From Mycobacteriales bacterium (GTDB lineage Bacteria > Actinomycetota > Actinomycetes > Mycobacteriales > QHCA01): a stretch of DNA of 64,000 nt. Below the pieces are notes generated by a model. That model did not search any database and was not told where the DNA came from. It was given only the letters and a program-made list of their open reading frames with translations. Position numbers and translations under genes: made by a program. Each line of letters starts with the position of its first letter. The first letter of the stretch is position 1. Positions 33,640 through 42,888 of this stretch are shown here, piece after piece. The stretch spans positions 55,195 through 119,194 of the forward strand of contig JBBQNN010000002.1 in the NCBI GenBank assembly GCA_038329965.1, in the 5' to 3' direction.

Positions 33640-34905
33640 CTACCGGGTCCCGCAGGTCGCCGCGATCAGCTGGATGAGGGTGCGCGTCACCTGCAGCATC
33701 TCGGTCACCGGCACGGACTCGTCGGGTGCGTGCGCCGCGCGGACGTCGCCCGGCCCGTAGATCACGGCGGGGACGCCGCCGAGACCGGTCAGCAGGCGCT
33801 GGTCCGAGCCGTACGGCGCACCGTGCACCGCTGGTCGGGCACCGTGCACGCTCGCGTGCGCGTCGGAGAGGTGACGGGTCACAGCCGCCGCCTCCGGGAC
33901 CGCACCGGGGGCGAACTGCCCGCCCCACCACTCGACCTCGACGGGGTGCTCCGCCAGCCACGGGTCGGTGGCGCAGGCCTCGGCGACCGCGGCCGCGAGA
34001 TCCGCTCTGGCGTCGGTGACGCTCTCGCCGAGAGCGACGCCGAGCCGGCCCTCGGCCACCAGCCGGTCGGGGACCGTGCTCGCCCAGTCGCCGGCCGACA
34101 GCATGCCGACGGACAGGGCGTAGGGCAGCCGGTAGCCGGCCATCAGGGGGTGAAGGTCGCGGTTGCGGCGTTCCTCCAGCCGGCGCAGCGCCGCGTGCAC
34201 GATCAGGTACTTCTCGAAGGCGTCGACCCCGTCGAGCCGCGTACTCGCATGGACCGATCGCCCGGCCACCACCAGCCGGAACGTCAACGCGCCCGCCGAC
34301 GCGGTCACGATCCGGCCCCCGGTGGGCTCGCAGATCACGGCGAGGTCGCCGCGGTAGCCACGACGCAGGGTCGCGAAGGTACCGAGGCCGCCGTCCTCCT
34401 CGCCCGCGACGCTCTCCAGCAGCACGCGGCCGCGCAGCCGCACCCCGGCCTCGCGCAACGCCCTGACCGCGGCTAGCTGGCAGACCAGGCCGGCCTTCAT
34501 GTCGCAGGCACCCCGGCCGTAGACCCGGCCGGCGCGCACCTGCCCGGCCCACGGGTCGACCGTCCAGCCGACCTGGCCCGGCGGGACCACGTCGATGTGG
34601 CCGTTGAGCACGATCGTCGGCCCGGAGTCCCCGCCCCAGGCGCCGGTCAGGCCCCACGCCTCGTCGCGTGGCGCCTCCATGCCGGGGAACTGCGGATCGG
34701 CCGTGATGGCCGCGAGGTCGATGCGCCACAGGTCGGTGTCCATGCCCGCCGTGCGCAGGAGCCCCTCGACGCGGTGCTGGGCCTCGCTCTCGGCCGCCGT
34801 ACCGGTGACCGACGGGATCTTCAGTAGCTCCTGCAGGCCGGCGACAAGGTCGGCCTCGCGCACGCCGTGCAGTGCTTCGCCCACCTGCCCGTTCACGCCG
34901 TCCAT
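33640..34905 (-). CDS. M20-family metallopeptidase/deacylase (ArgE/DapE-like)
   Basis: NGHIDVVPPG, GRGACDMKAG and ESVAGEEDGG metal-ligand blocks. ATG 34905 was chosen (GTG 34914 is an alternative). The ORF extension to 35679 was rejected. Confidence 0.85.
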   Translation of the reverse strand: MDGVNGQVGEALHGVREADLVAGLQELLKIPSVTGTAAESEAQHRVEGLLRTAGMDTDLWRIDLAAITADPQFPGMEAPRDEAWGLTGAWGGDSGPTIVLNGHIDVVPPGQVGWTVDPWAGQVRAGRVYGRGACDMKAGLVCQLAAVRALREAGVRLRGRVLLESVAGEEDGGLGTFATLRRGYRGDLAVICEPTGGRIVTASAGALTFRLVVAGRSVHASTRLDGVDAFEKYLIVHAALRRLEERRNRDLHPLMAGYRLPYALSVGMLSAGDWASTVPDRLVAEGRLGVALGESVTDARADLAAAVAEACATDPWLAEHPVEVEWWGGQFAPGAVPEAAAVTRHLSDAHASVHGARPAVHGAPYGSDQRLLTGLGGVPAVIYGPGDVRAAHAPDESVPVTEMLQVTRTLIQLIAATCGTR

Positions 34906-34974
34906 CGCGGTCACGCTACGCCGGGGCGCCGACGCTGCTATCGGCCCGAGCGTGTCGGCCCGCTCTGGTAGACC

Positions 34975-36996
34975 GTGGTGGTGACCGACGAGCCGTGGCC
35001 AGTGGCCACGAGTGCCCGCCGCCGGCCCGCTCGCCCGGCGGCCCCGCGCGAGCCGGCTGAGCACCTGCCGGTCGCTCGGGTGTCGGTCGACACCGGGCTC
35101 GCGCACCTCGACCGGCTGTTCGACTACCTGGTGCCGGCCACGCTGGACGACGCGGTGGTCCCGGGCTCGCGGGTACGCGTGCGCTTCGCCGGCCGCCTGG
35201 TCGACGGCATCGTCCTCGACCGGGTCGCCGGGTCGGAACACCCGGGCCGGCTGGCCCTCATCGAGCGGGCGGTGTCCGCGGAGCCGGTGCTCGGCCCCGA
35301 GATCGCCGCGCTCGCGCGCCGGGTCGCCGACCGGTCCGCGGGCACGCTCGCCGACGTCCTCCGGCTGGCGGTGCCGCCACGACATGCCCGGGTCGAGGCG
35401 GAGGCCGGCCCGTCGCCGATTCCGTCGCCGGCCGCCCCGGATCCGGCCGGCTGGTCGGCCTACGACGCCGGTGCCGCCTTCCTCACCGCGCTGGGTGACG
35501 GCCGGTCTCCGCGGGCGGCGTGGGCCGCACTGCCCGGGGCGTCCTGGCCCGACCGGGTCGCCGAAGCGGTGCAGGCCACCCTGGCCGGTGGCCGGGGGGC
35601 CGTGGTCGTCGTGCCCGACGGCCGGGACGTCACGCGGGTCTCCGCCGCGCTCGACCGGGCGCTGGGTGCCGGGCGGCACGTCACGCTCTCAGCCGACCTC
35701 GGCCCGGCAGGGCGCTACCGCCGCTGGCTGGCCGTCCGGCGCGGGGCCGTGCGGGCGGTGGTCGGCACCCGGGCCGCCGCGTTCGCGCCGGTCCGCGACC
35801 TGGGCCTCGTGGCGCTCTGGGACGACGGCGACGACGTGCTGGCCGAGCCGCGGGCGCCCTACTGCCATACCCGCGACGTCCTGCTGCTGCGAGCCGAGTC
35901 GTCCGGCTCGGCGGCGCTGCTGGGCGGGTTCGCGCGCACCGCCGAGGTCCAGTTGCTGCTCGACACCGGCTGGGCGCTGCCGCTGGCCGCCCCCCGCTCG
36001 GTGGTCCGCGCGGCGGCTCCACGGGTCACGCCGACCGGCGACGACGACGCGTTGGTCCGGGACCCGGCGGCGCGCACCGCCCGGCTGCCGACGGTGGCCT
36101 GGCGGGCCGCCCGGTCCGCCCTGGACGCCGGAGCCCCAGTGCTCGTCCAGGTGCCCCGGCGGGGCTACTTACCGGCCCTGGCCTGCGCCCGTTGCCGCGC
36201 CGCGGCGCGCTGCCCGAGCTGCGCCGGTCCGATCGGTCAGCCCTCGGCCGGCCGATCCGGCATCCCCACGTGCCGGTGGTGCGGGCGGCTGGCCGGCGAC
36301 TGGTCGTGCCCGGCGTGCGGGGGCCGGCGGTTGCGGGCGATCGTCGTGGGCGCCCGGCGCACGGCCGAGGAGATGGGCCGCGCCTTTCCGGGGGTTCCGG
36401 TGCGCACGTCGGGCCGCGACGACGTCCTCACCTGCGTTCCTGGCGGCGCGGCCGTGGTGGTGGCCACGCCCGGTGCCGAGCCGCTGGCCGAGGGCGGCTA
36501 CGGCGCGGTGCTCCTGCTGGATGCCTGGGCACTGCTCGGCCGGCCGGACCTGCGGGCGGCCGAGGAGACGCTGCGCCGGTGGCTGGCCGCCGCGGCCCTG
36601 GCCCGGCCGGCGGCCGAGGGCGGCCAGGTCGTCGTGACGGCGGACAGCAGCCTGCCGGTCGTGCAGGCGGTGCTGCGATGGGACCCGGCCTGGCATGCCG
36701 GACGGGAGCTGGCCGATCGGGTCGCGCTGGGTTTCCCCCCCGCCTCCCGGATCGCGAGCCTGACCGGCCCGCCGGCCGGGGTGGCCGACCTGCTCGCCGC
36801 TGCCACGCTGCCCGCCGGCGCGGACCTCCTCGGGCCGGTCGGAGCCTCCGAGGGTCGCGAGCGGCTGCTGATCCGGGTCCCCCGCTCCGCGGCAGCCGCC
36901 CTTGCTACGGCGCTGGCCGGCGCCCAGGCGGTGCGCAGCGCCCGCAAGGCCCCCGACCCGGTCCGCGTCGAACTCGACCCACTCGACCTGTTCTGA
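34975..36996 (+). CDS. priA: Primosomal protein N' (PriA) homolog with degenerate ATPase motifs
   Basis: N-terminal VARVSVDTGLAHLDRLFDYLVP, PriA-type Cys cluster CARC..CPSC....CRWC....CPAC, and C-terminal winged-helix region. It occupies the usual actinobacterial position downstream of metK, after the intervening accessory insert. Confidence 0.88.
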   Translation: MVVTDEPWPVATSARRRPARPAAPREPAEHLPVARVSVDTGLAHLDRLFDYLVPATLDDAVVPGSRVRVRFAGRLVDGIVLDRVAGSEHPGRLALIERAVSAEPVLGPEIAALARRVADRSAGTLADVLRLAVPPRHARVEAEAGPSPIPSPAAPDPAGWSAYDAGAAFLTALGDGRSPRAAWAALPGASWPDRVAEAVQATLAGGRGAVVVVPDGRDVTRVSAALDRALGAGRHVTLSADLGPAGRYRRWLAVRRGAVRAVVGTRAAAFAPVRDLGLVALWDDGDDVLAEPRAPYCHTRDVLLLRAESSGSAALLGGFARTAEVQLLLDTGWALPLAAPRSVVRAAAPRVTPTGDDDALVRDPAARTARLPTVAWRAARSALDAGAPVLVQVPRRGYLPALACARCRAAARCPSCAGPIGQPSAGRSGIPTCRWCGRLAGDWSCPACGGRRLRAIVVGARRTAEEMGRAFPGVPVRTSGRDDVLTCVPGGAAVVVATPGAEPLAEGGYGAVLLLDAWALLGRPDLRAAEETLRRWLAAAALARPAAEGGQVVVTADSSLPVVQAVLRWDPAWHAGRELADRVALGFPPASRIASLTGPPAGVADLLAAATLPAGADLLGPVGASEGRERLLIRVPRSAAAALATALAGAQAVRSARKAPDPVRVELDPLDLF

Positions 36997-37041
36997 CCAG
37001 CCGCCGGATATCCGTAGACTAGGCGCAATCAAGCGCTCGGG

Positions 37042-37083
37042 GCGAGTGAGCATCGAGCGAGGCGAGGAGCGGAGCGAGATGAC
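37042..37083 (+). repeat. GA-rich dispersed repeat, 42-nt variant (copy B)
   Basis: GCGAGTGAGCATCGAGCGAGGCGAGGAGCGGAGCGAGATGAC. It lies in the priA-def intergenic region and ends 18 nt before the def GTG. Confidence 0.85.
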
Positions 37084-37101
37084 GACCTGCGGAGCGCCGA
37101 C

Positions 37102-37650
37102 GTGCCCGTGAAACCGATCCGCCTGTTCGGTGATCCGGTCCTGCGCACGCGGGCCGAGCCGGTGGTGGACTTCGACAAGGAGCTGCGCAACCTCGTCCGC
37201 GACCTCACCCAGACGATGATCGAGGCCCCCGGTGCCGGCTTGGCCGCTCCCCAGATCGGCGTCGGGCTGCGCGTCTTCACCTTCGACGTCGACGAGCGCG
37301 TCGGCCACCTGATCAACCCCGACCTGTCCTTCCCCGACGACGAGGAGCAGGACGGTCCCGAGGGCTGCCTGTCGTTCCCGGGCCTCAGCTTCGACTGCAA
37401 GCGGCACCTGCACGCCGTCGCGCGGGGCTTCAACATGTACGGCGACCCGGTGGTGATCGAGGGCAGCGACCTCCTGGCCCGCTGCGTGCAGCATGAGACC
37501 GACCACCTCGACGGCATCCTGTTCATCGACCGGCTCGACAAGGAGACCAAGAAGGCAGCCATGCGGGTCATCTACGAGGCCCAGTGGGCCGGGGGTCCCG
37601 TCCCGCAGGTCAAGCCCAGCCCGCACGCGATGCAGGGACAGGCGCTCTGA
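37102..37650 (+). CDS. def: Peptide deformylase
   Basis: [19 protein letters not shown] and HETDHLDG. Confidence 0.96.
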   Translation: MPVKPIRLFGDPVLRTRAEPVVDFDKELRNLVRDLTQTMIEAPGAGLAAPQIGVGLRVFTFDVDERVGHLINPDLSFPDDEEQDGPEGCLSFPGLSFDCKRHLHAVARGFNMYGDPVVIEGSDLLARCVQHETDHLDGILFIDRLDKETKKAAMRVIYEAQWAGGPVPQVKPSPHAMQGQAL

Positions 37651-38570
37651 GGCTCGTCTTCGCCGGCACCCCCGCCGTCGCCGTCCCCGCCCTGCAGGCA
37701 CTGCTCGACTCGCGGCACGAGGTGGCCGCCGTCATCACCCGGCCGCCGGCGCCGGCCGGACGGGGCCGCCGGGTCGCCACCTCACCGGTCGCCGACCTGG
37801 CGGCGGAGCAGGGCATCGAGGTGCTCACACCAGCCCGGCCGTCGGCGCCGGATTTCCTCGAGCGGCTCACCGCCATCGGCCCGGACTGCTGTCCGGTGGT
37901 CGCCTACGGCGCGCTGGTGCCCCCCTCGGCGCTGCACATCCCCGTGCACGGCTGGGTCAACCTGCACTTCTCGTTGCTGCCGGCCTGGCGGGGAGCGGCG
38001 CCCGTACAGCGTGCGATCCGGCACGGCGACGAGGTGACCGGGGCCACGACATTCGAGCTGGAGGCGGGCATGGACACCGGGCCGGTCTTCGGCGTGCTGA
38101 CCGAGCCCATCCGGCCGCGGGACACCGCCGGCGAGCTGCTCGGGCGGCTGTCGGTGGCCGGAGCCGGCCTGCTCGTCGCCACCCTCGACGGGATTGCCGA
38201 CGGCACCCTGCGGCCCGTGCCGCAGCCGGCTGACGGTGTCTCCTACGCTCCCAAGGTCACCTCGGACGACGCGCGGGTCGACTGGGCGCTGCCCGCCCTC
38301 GCCGTCGACCGGCTGATCCGCTCGTGCACGCCCGCGCCCGGGCCGTGGACCACGTTCGGCGGGGACCGGCTGAAGCTCGGTCCGGTGACGCCGGTCGCCG
38401 ACGGCCGGGCGCTGGAGCCCGGCTCGATCGACGTCGGCCACGACGCGGTCCTCGTCGGCACCGGGTCGGGGCCGGTCGCCCTCGGCGAGGTCCAGCCGGC
38501 CGGCCGGCGCCCGATGCCGGCGCTGGACTGGTCCCGGGGTGCCCGCCCGGCCGAGGGGAGGTTCGCATGA
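37584..38570 (+). CDS. fmt: Methionyl-tRNA formyltransferase
   Basis: [20 protein letters not shown] and [18 protein letters not shown]. The start is uncertain. ATG 37584 gives a 67-nt overlap with def, and the conserved N-terminus begins at CTG 37647 (CTGA overlap with the def stop). Confidence 0.9.
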   Translation: MGRGSRPAGQAQPARDAGTGALRLVFAGTPAVAVPALQALLDSRHEVAAVITRPPAPAGRGRRVATSPVADLAAEQGIEVLTPARPSAPDFLERLTAIGPDCCPVVAYGALVPPSALHIPVHGWVNLHFSLLPAWRGAAPVQRAIRHGDEVTGATTFELEAGMDTGPVFGVLTEPIRPRDTAGELLGRLSVAGAGLLVATLDGIADGTLRPVPQPADGVSYAPKVTSDDARVDWALPALAVDRLIRSCTPAPGPWTTFGGDRLKLGPVTPVADGRALEPGSIDVGHDAVLVGTGSGPVALGEVQPAGRRPMPALDWSRGARPAEGRFA

Positions 38571-39940
38571 CCGCGCCGTCACGGCCGCCGAAGCGCCGCG
38601 GCCCGCGGCCCGACCCTGCCCGCAGGGCCGCGTACGACGTGCTCAGCGCCGTCCGCGAGAAGGATTCGTACGCGAACCTCGTGCTGCCCGGCCTGCTCCG
38701 CGAGCGGCGGATGAGCGGGCGTGACGCCGCCTTCGCCACCGAGCTGGCTTACGGCACCCTGCGCGCGCAGGGCACCCTCGACGCGATCCTGGCCGACTGT
38801 GTCGACCGGCCGCTCGACACCCTCGACGGGGCGGTACGCGACCTGCTCCGGCTCGGCGCCTACCAGCTGTTGCGCACCCGGGTGCCGGCGCACGCCGCCG
38901 TGTCCGCGACGGTCGACCTGGCCCGGACCGTCACCAGCACCGGCCCGGCCAAGCTGGTCAATGCCGTGCTGCGCAAGGTCGGGGTGCGCGACGCCGCCGC
39001 CTGGCTCGATGTCGTGACGCCGCCGTACGAGACCGACCCGATCGGATCGCTGGCGATGCGGCACGGGCACCCGCGGTGGATCGCCCAGGCGTTCTGTGAC
39101 TCCCTCGACGGCGACCTGGAGCAGACCGGCTCCGCCCTGGCCGCCGACGACCTGCGCCCACAGGTGCATCTCGCGGCGCGGCCGGGACAGATCACCCGGG
39201 CCGAGCTGGTGGCCGACAGCGGCGGCGAGCCGGGGCCCTGGTCGGCCCAGGCGGTGCGCCTCGACGGCGGGGACCCCAGCGCCGTCGCGGCCGTTCGCGA
39301 CGGCCGGGCGCAGGTGCAGGACGAGGGCAGCCAGCTGGTGGCGCTGGCGCTGGCCGGTGTGCCGATCGTCGGCCCCGACGCGCGGTGGCTCGACCTCTGT
39401 GCCGGGCCGGGCGGCAAGGCGGCGCTGCTCGGCGGGCTGGCCGGGCCGCGCCGCGCCGCGGTCACCGCGGTCGAGCCGCGCGAGCACCGCGCGGCGCTGG
39501 TCGCCAAGGCGGTCACCGGCCTGCCGGTCGAGGTACGGGTGGCCGATGGCCGCGAGATCGACGGCGCCTACGACCGGGTGCTCGTCGATGCGCCGTGCAC
39601 CGGCCTGGGTGCCCTGCGCCGCCGCCCCGACGCACGCTGGCGCCGGCAGCCGGCCGACGTGCCCGCCCTGACCCGGCTGCAGCGGGAGCTGCTCACCGCG
39701 GCGCTGCGGGTGACCCGGCCGGGCGGGGTGGTGGCCTATGCGGTGTGCTCGCCGCACGTCGCCGAGACCCGGGTCGTCGTGGACGACATGGTCAGGCGTG
39801 AGGGAGCGGTGCTGCTGGACGCCCGGGCGGCGATGCCGGGCGTGGCCGACATCGGTGCGGGGCCCTGGGTGCAGCTCTGGCCGCACCGGCACGGCACGGA
39901 CGCGATGTTCCTCGCGCTGCTGACCCCGTCGTCAGCCTGA
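38567..39940 (+). CDS. rsmB: 16S rRNA (cytosine967-C5)-methyltransferase RsmB/Sun-like
   Basis: ATGA overlap with fmt. NusB-like N-domain, [13 protein letters not shown] motif, [15 protein letters not shown] and YAVCSPH catalytic Cys contexts. Confidence 0.9.
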   Translation: MTAPSRPPKRRGPRPDPARRAAYDVLSAVREKDSYANLVLPGLLRERRMSGRDAAFATELAYGTLRAQGTLDAILADCVDRPLDTLDGAVRDLLRLGAYQLLRTRVPAHAAVSATVDLARTVTSTGPAKLVNAVLRKVGVRDAAAWLDVVTPPYETDPIGSLAMRHGHPRWIAQAFCDSLDGDLEQTGSALAADDLRPQVHLAARPGQITRAELVADSGGEPGPWSAQAVRLDGGDPSAVAAVRDGRAQVQDEGSQLVALALAGVPIVGPDARWLDLCAGPGGKAALLGGLAGPRRAAVTAVEPREHRAALVAKAVTGLPVEVRVADGREIDGAYDRVLVDAPCTGLGALRRRPDARWRRQPADVPALTRLQRELLTAALRVTRPGGVVAYAVCSPHVAETRVVVDDMVRREGAVLLDARAAMPGVADIGAGPWVQLWPHRHGTDAMFLALLTPSSA

Positions 39941-39953
39941 AATCGCTTTCAGG
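39936..39953 (+). terminator. Candidate A/T-rich hairpin spanning the rsmB stop codon
   Basis: CCTGAAA-tcgc-TTTCAGG is a perfect 7-bp inverted repeat. TGA 39938-39940 lies inside the 5' arm. Confidence 0.25.
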
Positions 39954-40018
39954 CACGCCGGCGTCGAGGCTCCGAGCCGATCACGCGTCGGCACCGTCCA
40001 CGGCCCTAGACTGAAAAG

Positions 40019-40687
40019 GTGGATCTCCTCGTCGCGCCGAGCATCCTGGCCGCGGACTTCGCCTGCCTGGGGGATGAGGCCCGGCGGGTGCAGGACACCG
40101 CCGACTGGTTGCACGTCGACATGATGGACAACCACTTCGTGCCCAACCTCACGATCGGTCTGCCGGTGGTCAAGGCCCTGCTCACGGCCACCACACTGCC
40201 GCTCGACTGCCACCTCATGATCGCCGACCCGAAGCGATGGGCGCCGCCGTACGCCGAGGCGGGGGCCCACAACGTGAGCATCCACGCCGAGGCGGCCGAC
40301 GATCCGGTGTCGATCGCCCGGGACATCCGGGCCGCGGGTGGCCTGGCCGGTCTGGCGATCAAGCCGGGCACGTCGCTGGAGCCGTACCTCGACATCCTGC
40401 GGGCCTTCGACACCCTGCTGGTGATGACGGTCGAGCCGGGATTCGGCGGGCAGAGCTTCATCGCCGACGTGCTGCCCAAGGTGCGTGCTGCCCGGTCGCT
40501 GGTGCAGACCGGACACCTGAAGCTGCACATCGAGGTCGACGGCGGGGTCGACCTCGACACGATCACCCAGGCCGCCGAGGCCGGTGCCGACGTTTTCGTG
40601 GCCGGCTCCTCGGTCTACGGTGCGGACGACCCGGCCAAGGCCGTCACCGCCCTGCGCGAGCGGGCGGCGGGCGTCGCCGCCGACTGA
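40019..40687 (+). CDS. rpe: Ribulose-phosphate 3-epimerase
   Basis: [22 protein letters not shown] and [13 protein letters not shown]. Confidence 0.96.
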   Translation: MDLLVAPSILAADFACLGDEARRVQDTADWLHVDMMDNHFVPNLTIGLPVVKALLTATTLPLDCHLMIADPKRWAPPYAEAGAHNVSIHAEAADDPVSIARDIRAAGGLAGLAIKPGTSLEPYLDILRAFDTLLVMTVEPGFGGQSFIADVLPKVRAARSLVQTGHLKLHIEVDGGVDLDTITQAAEAGADVFVAGSSVYGADDPAKAVTALRERAAGVAAD

Positions 40688-40711
40688 GCATTCCGTACGG
40701 AGGAAATTCTG

Positions 40712-41596
40712 ATGGAACTTGCCGTACACGTGACCCGGTTCGACTTCCCGGGTGGCCCGGCCGCCACAGCTGATGGCCTCAAGGCCGTGGCCGAGTCGTG
40801 CGAGCAGGCCGGCGTGGCCGCCCTGACACTCATGGACCACTACTTCCAGATCCCCCCGATGGGCGACGCCGAGCAGCCGATGCTCGAGGGCTACACCAGC
40901 CTGGGCTTCGTCGCCGCCCACACCAGCCGGCTGCGGCTGGGCCTGCTGGTCACCGGGGTGACGTACCGCCATCCCGGCCTGCTCGCCAAGATCGTCACCA
41001 CTCTGGACGTGCTCTCCGGCGGCCGGGCCGAGTTGGGCATCGGGGCGGCGTGGTTCGAGCGTGAGCACCGCGGGCTGGGGGTGCCCTATCCGTCGGTCTC
41101 CGAACGGTTCGAGCGGCTGGAGGAGACGCTGCGGATCTGCCTGCAGATGTGGAGCGACGACGACGGGGCGTTCGAGGGCAAGCACTACCAACTGGGCGAG
41201 ACACTGTGCTCGCCCCAGCCGCTGAGCCGGCCGCACCCGCGCATCCTGATCGGCGGCAGCGGCGAGCGCAAGACGCTGCGGATGGTCGCGCAGTACGCCG
41301 GCGCCTGCAACCTGTTCGCCCAGGATTCCGGGACGGTCGCCCACAAGCTCGACGTCCTGCGCCGGCACTGCGACGACGTCGGGCGCGACTACGTCGAGAT
41401 CGACAAGACGATCATGTACGTCGGGCCGGCCCTGCACGAAGGCGACCGGCAGGGTTTCACCCGTGACATGGCGGAGTACGCGAAGCTGGGCGTCGACGAG
41501 GTGCACATCGTGGCCCCGGCAGGCGACGAGGCGGCATGGATCTCCACGCACGGCAGCCACGTCGTCGAGGTCCTGAGCGGCCTCGGCGAGGCGTAG
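40712..41596 (+). CDS. LLM-class (luciferase-like) F420-dependent oxidoreductase
   Basis: MDHYFQ, GYTSLGFVAAHTSRLRLGLLVTGVTYRHPGLLAK and GGRAELGIGAAW. Confidence 0.85.
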   Translation: MELAVHVTRFDFPGGPAATADGLKAVAESCEQAGVAALTLMDHYFQIPPMGDAEQPMLEGYTSLGFVAAHTSRLRLGLLVTGVTYRHPGLLAKIVTTLDVLSGGRAELGIGAAWFEREHRGLGVPYPSVSERFERLEETLRICLQMWSDDDGAFEGKHYQLGETLCSPQPLSRPHPRILIGGSGERKTLRMVAQYAGACNLFAQDSGTVAHKLDVLRRHCDDVGRDYVEIDKTIMYVGPALHEGDRQGFTRDMAEYAKLGVDEVHIVAPAGDEAAWISTHGSHVVEVLSGLGEA

Positions 41597-41643
41597 GGGT
41601 CGCGGCGGTTCGGCGCCCGCATGGCACACTGGTTGCAGCAGTA

Positions 41644-41772
41644 CGCGCGCTCCGGGGTCGGTGAAACTCCGAGCCGGCGGTGACAGTCCGCGACCCGCTC
41701 ACGGCCAGTGAGCGGTTGACCCGGTGAAATTCCGGGACCGACGGTGAAAGTCCGGATGGGAGGAAGCGCGCG
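41644..41772 (+). promoter_or_regulatory. FMN riboswitch (RFN element) aptamer
   Basis: Conserved core GGGGUCGGUGAAACUCCGAGCCGGCGGUGACAGUCCGCGAC...GGUUGACCCGGUGAAAUUCCGGGACCGACGGUGAAAGUCCGGAUGGGAGG. P1 pairs CGCGCGCUCC with GGAAGCGCGCG. It lies upstream of ribD. Confidence 0.92.
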
Positions 41773-41783
41773 GGCGAGGCTGC

Positions 41784-41802
41784 GTGGCCGCTCGGCGGCC
41801 AC
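41784..41802 (+). promoter_or_regulatory. Expression-platform hairpin of the FMN riboswitch
   Basis: GTGGCCGC-tcg-GCGGCCAC is a perfect 8-bp stem. No U-tract follows. A CCUCCC tract at about 41818-41823 could pair with the ribD SD GAGGAG (41853-41858). Confidence 0.35.
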
Positions 41803-41865
41803 CGCTCGCACGCGCCGTCCTCCCGCCCCCGGATCCCGCGTCCGAGGTGCGTGAGGAGCCGAGTG

Positions 41866-42885
41866 ATGGCAGCGACGAGCGACGAGGCCGCGATGGCCCG
41901 CGCCGTCACCCTGGCCGCCCGTGCGCTCGGTGCCACCGCGACCAACCCCGTCGTGGGGGCGGTCGTGCTCGACGCCTCCGGTCAGCCGGTCGGCGAGGGC
42001 TGGCACGAGCGGCTCGGCGGCCCGCATGCCGAGGTGGTGGCCCTGGCGGCGGCCGGCGATCGGGCCAGCGGCGGCACGATGGTGGTCACCCTGGAGCCGT
42101 GCGCGCACACCGGCCGAACCGGTCCGTGCACCGAGGCCCTGCTGGTCGCGGGAATCGCCCGGGTTGTCTATGCGGTCCCCGATGCCGCCGAGGGCGCCGG
42201 TGGCGCGGCTGTCCTGCGCACCGCCGGCCTGGACGTGACCGGGGGAGTGCTCGCCGAGGAGGCAGCGCGGGGCAACGAGGCATGGCTGCTCGCCCAGCGC
42301 CTGCACCGGCCGTTCGTGACCTGGAAGACGGCGACGACCCTGGACGGGCGGATCGCGGCGGCCGACGGCAGCAGCCGGTGGATCACCGGGCCGGCGGCGC
42401 GGGCCGACGCCCACCTGTTGCGCGGTCAGGTCGACGCCATCCTGGTCGGTGCGGGCACGGTGCTCACCGATGACCCACGGCTCACCGTGCGCGATGTCGG
42501 CGGCGCCCCGGCCGGCCGGCAGCCGCTGCGGGTCGTCGCCGACCGGCGCGGCCAGGTCAAGCAGACCGCCCGGGTGCATGACGAGACGGCGCCGACCCTG
42601 ATCACGGCCGCCCCCGACCCGGCCGCCCTTCTCGCCGCCCTGTTCGGCCGCGACGTGCGGCACGTGCTGCTGGAGGGCGGCGCCACCCTCGCCGGCTCCT
42701 TCGTCGCCGCCGGCCTGGTGGACCGGGTCGTCGCCTACGTCGCGCCCGCGCTGCTCGGCGCCGGTCCGGCTGTGCTCACCGGCATCGGGATCGCCACGAT
42801 CGGCGACGCCGTTCGGCTGCGCATCGACGACGTCACGTTGATCGGCCCAGACGTACGGATCACCGCCCGACCAGAGAGCAGGTGA
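41866..42885 (+). CDS. ribD: Bifunctional diaminohydroxyphosphoribosylaminopyrimidine deaminase / 5-amino-6-(5-phosphoribosylamino)uracil reductase
   Basis: Deaminase zinc motifs HAEVVAL and [11 protein letters not shown], plus a reductase C-domain. ATG 41866 lies 7 nt after GAGGAG. Confidence 0.93.
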   Translation: MAATSDEAAMARAVTLAARALGATATNPVVGAVVLDASGQPVGEGWHERLGGPHAEVVALAAAGDRASGGTMVVTLEPCAHTGRTGPCTEALLVAGIARVVYAVPDAAEGAGGAAVLRTAGLDVTGGVLAEEAARGNEAWLLAQRLHRPFVTWKTATTLDGRIAAADGSSRWITGPAARADAHLLRGQVDAILVGAGTVLTDDPRLTVRDVGGAPAGRQPLRVVADRRGQVKQTARVHDETAPTLITAAPDPAALLAALFGRDVRHVLLEGGATLAGSFVAAGLVDRVVAYVAPALLGAGPAVLTGIGIATIGDAVRLRIDDVTLIGPDVRITARPESR

Positions 42886-42888
42886 GGG

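Noticed and set aside
28588-34905. Interpreting the metK-priA insert as a mobile genomic island.
   Set aside because: I could not see an integrase, transposase, tRNA, flanking direct repeat or obvious compositional break. I treat it as a variable chromosomal slot only.
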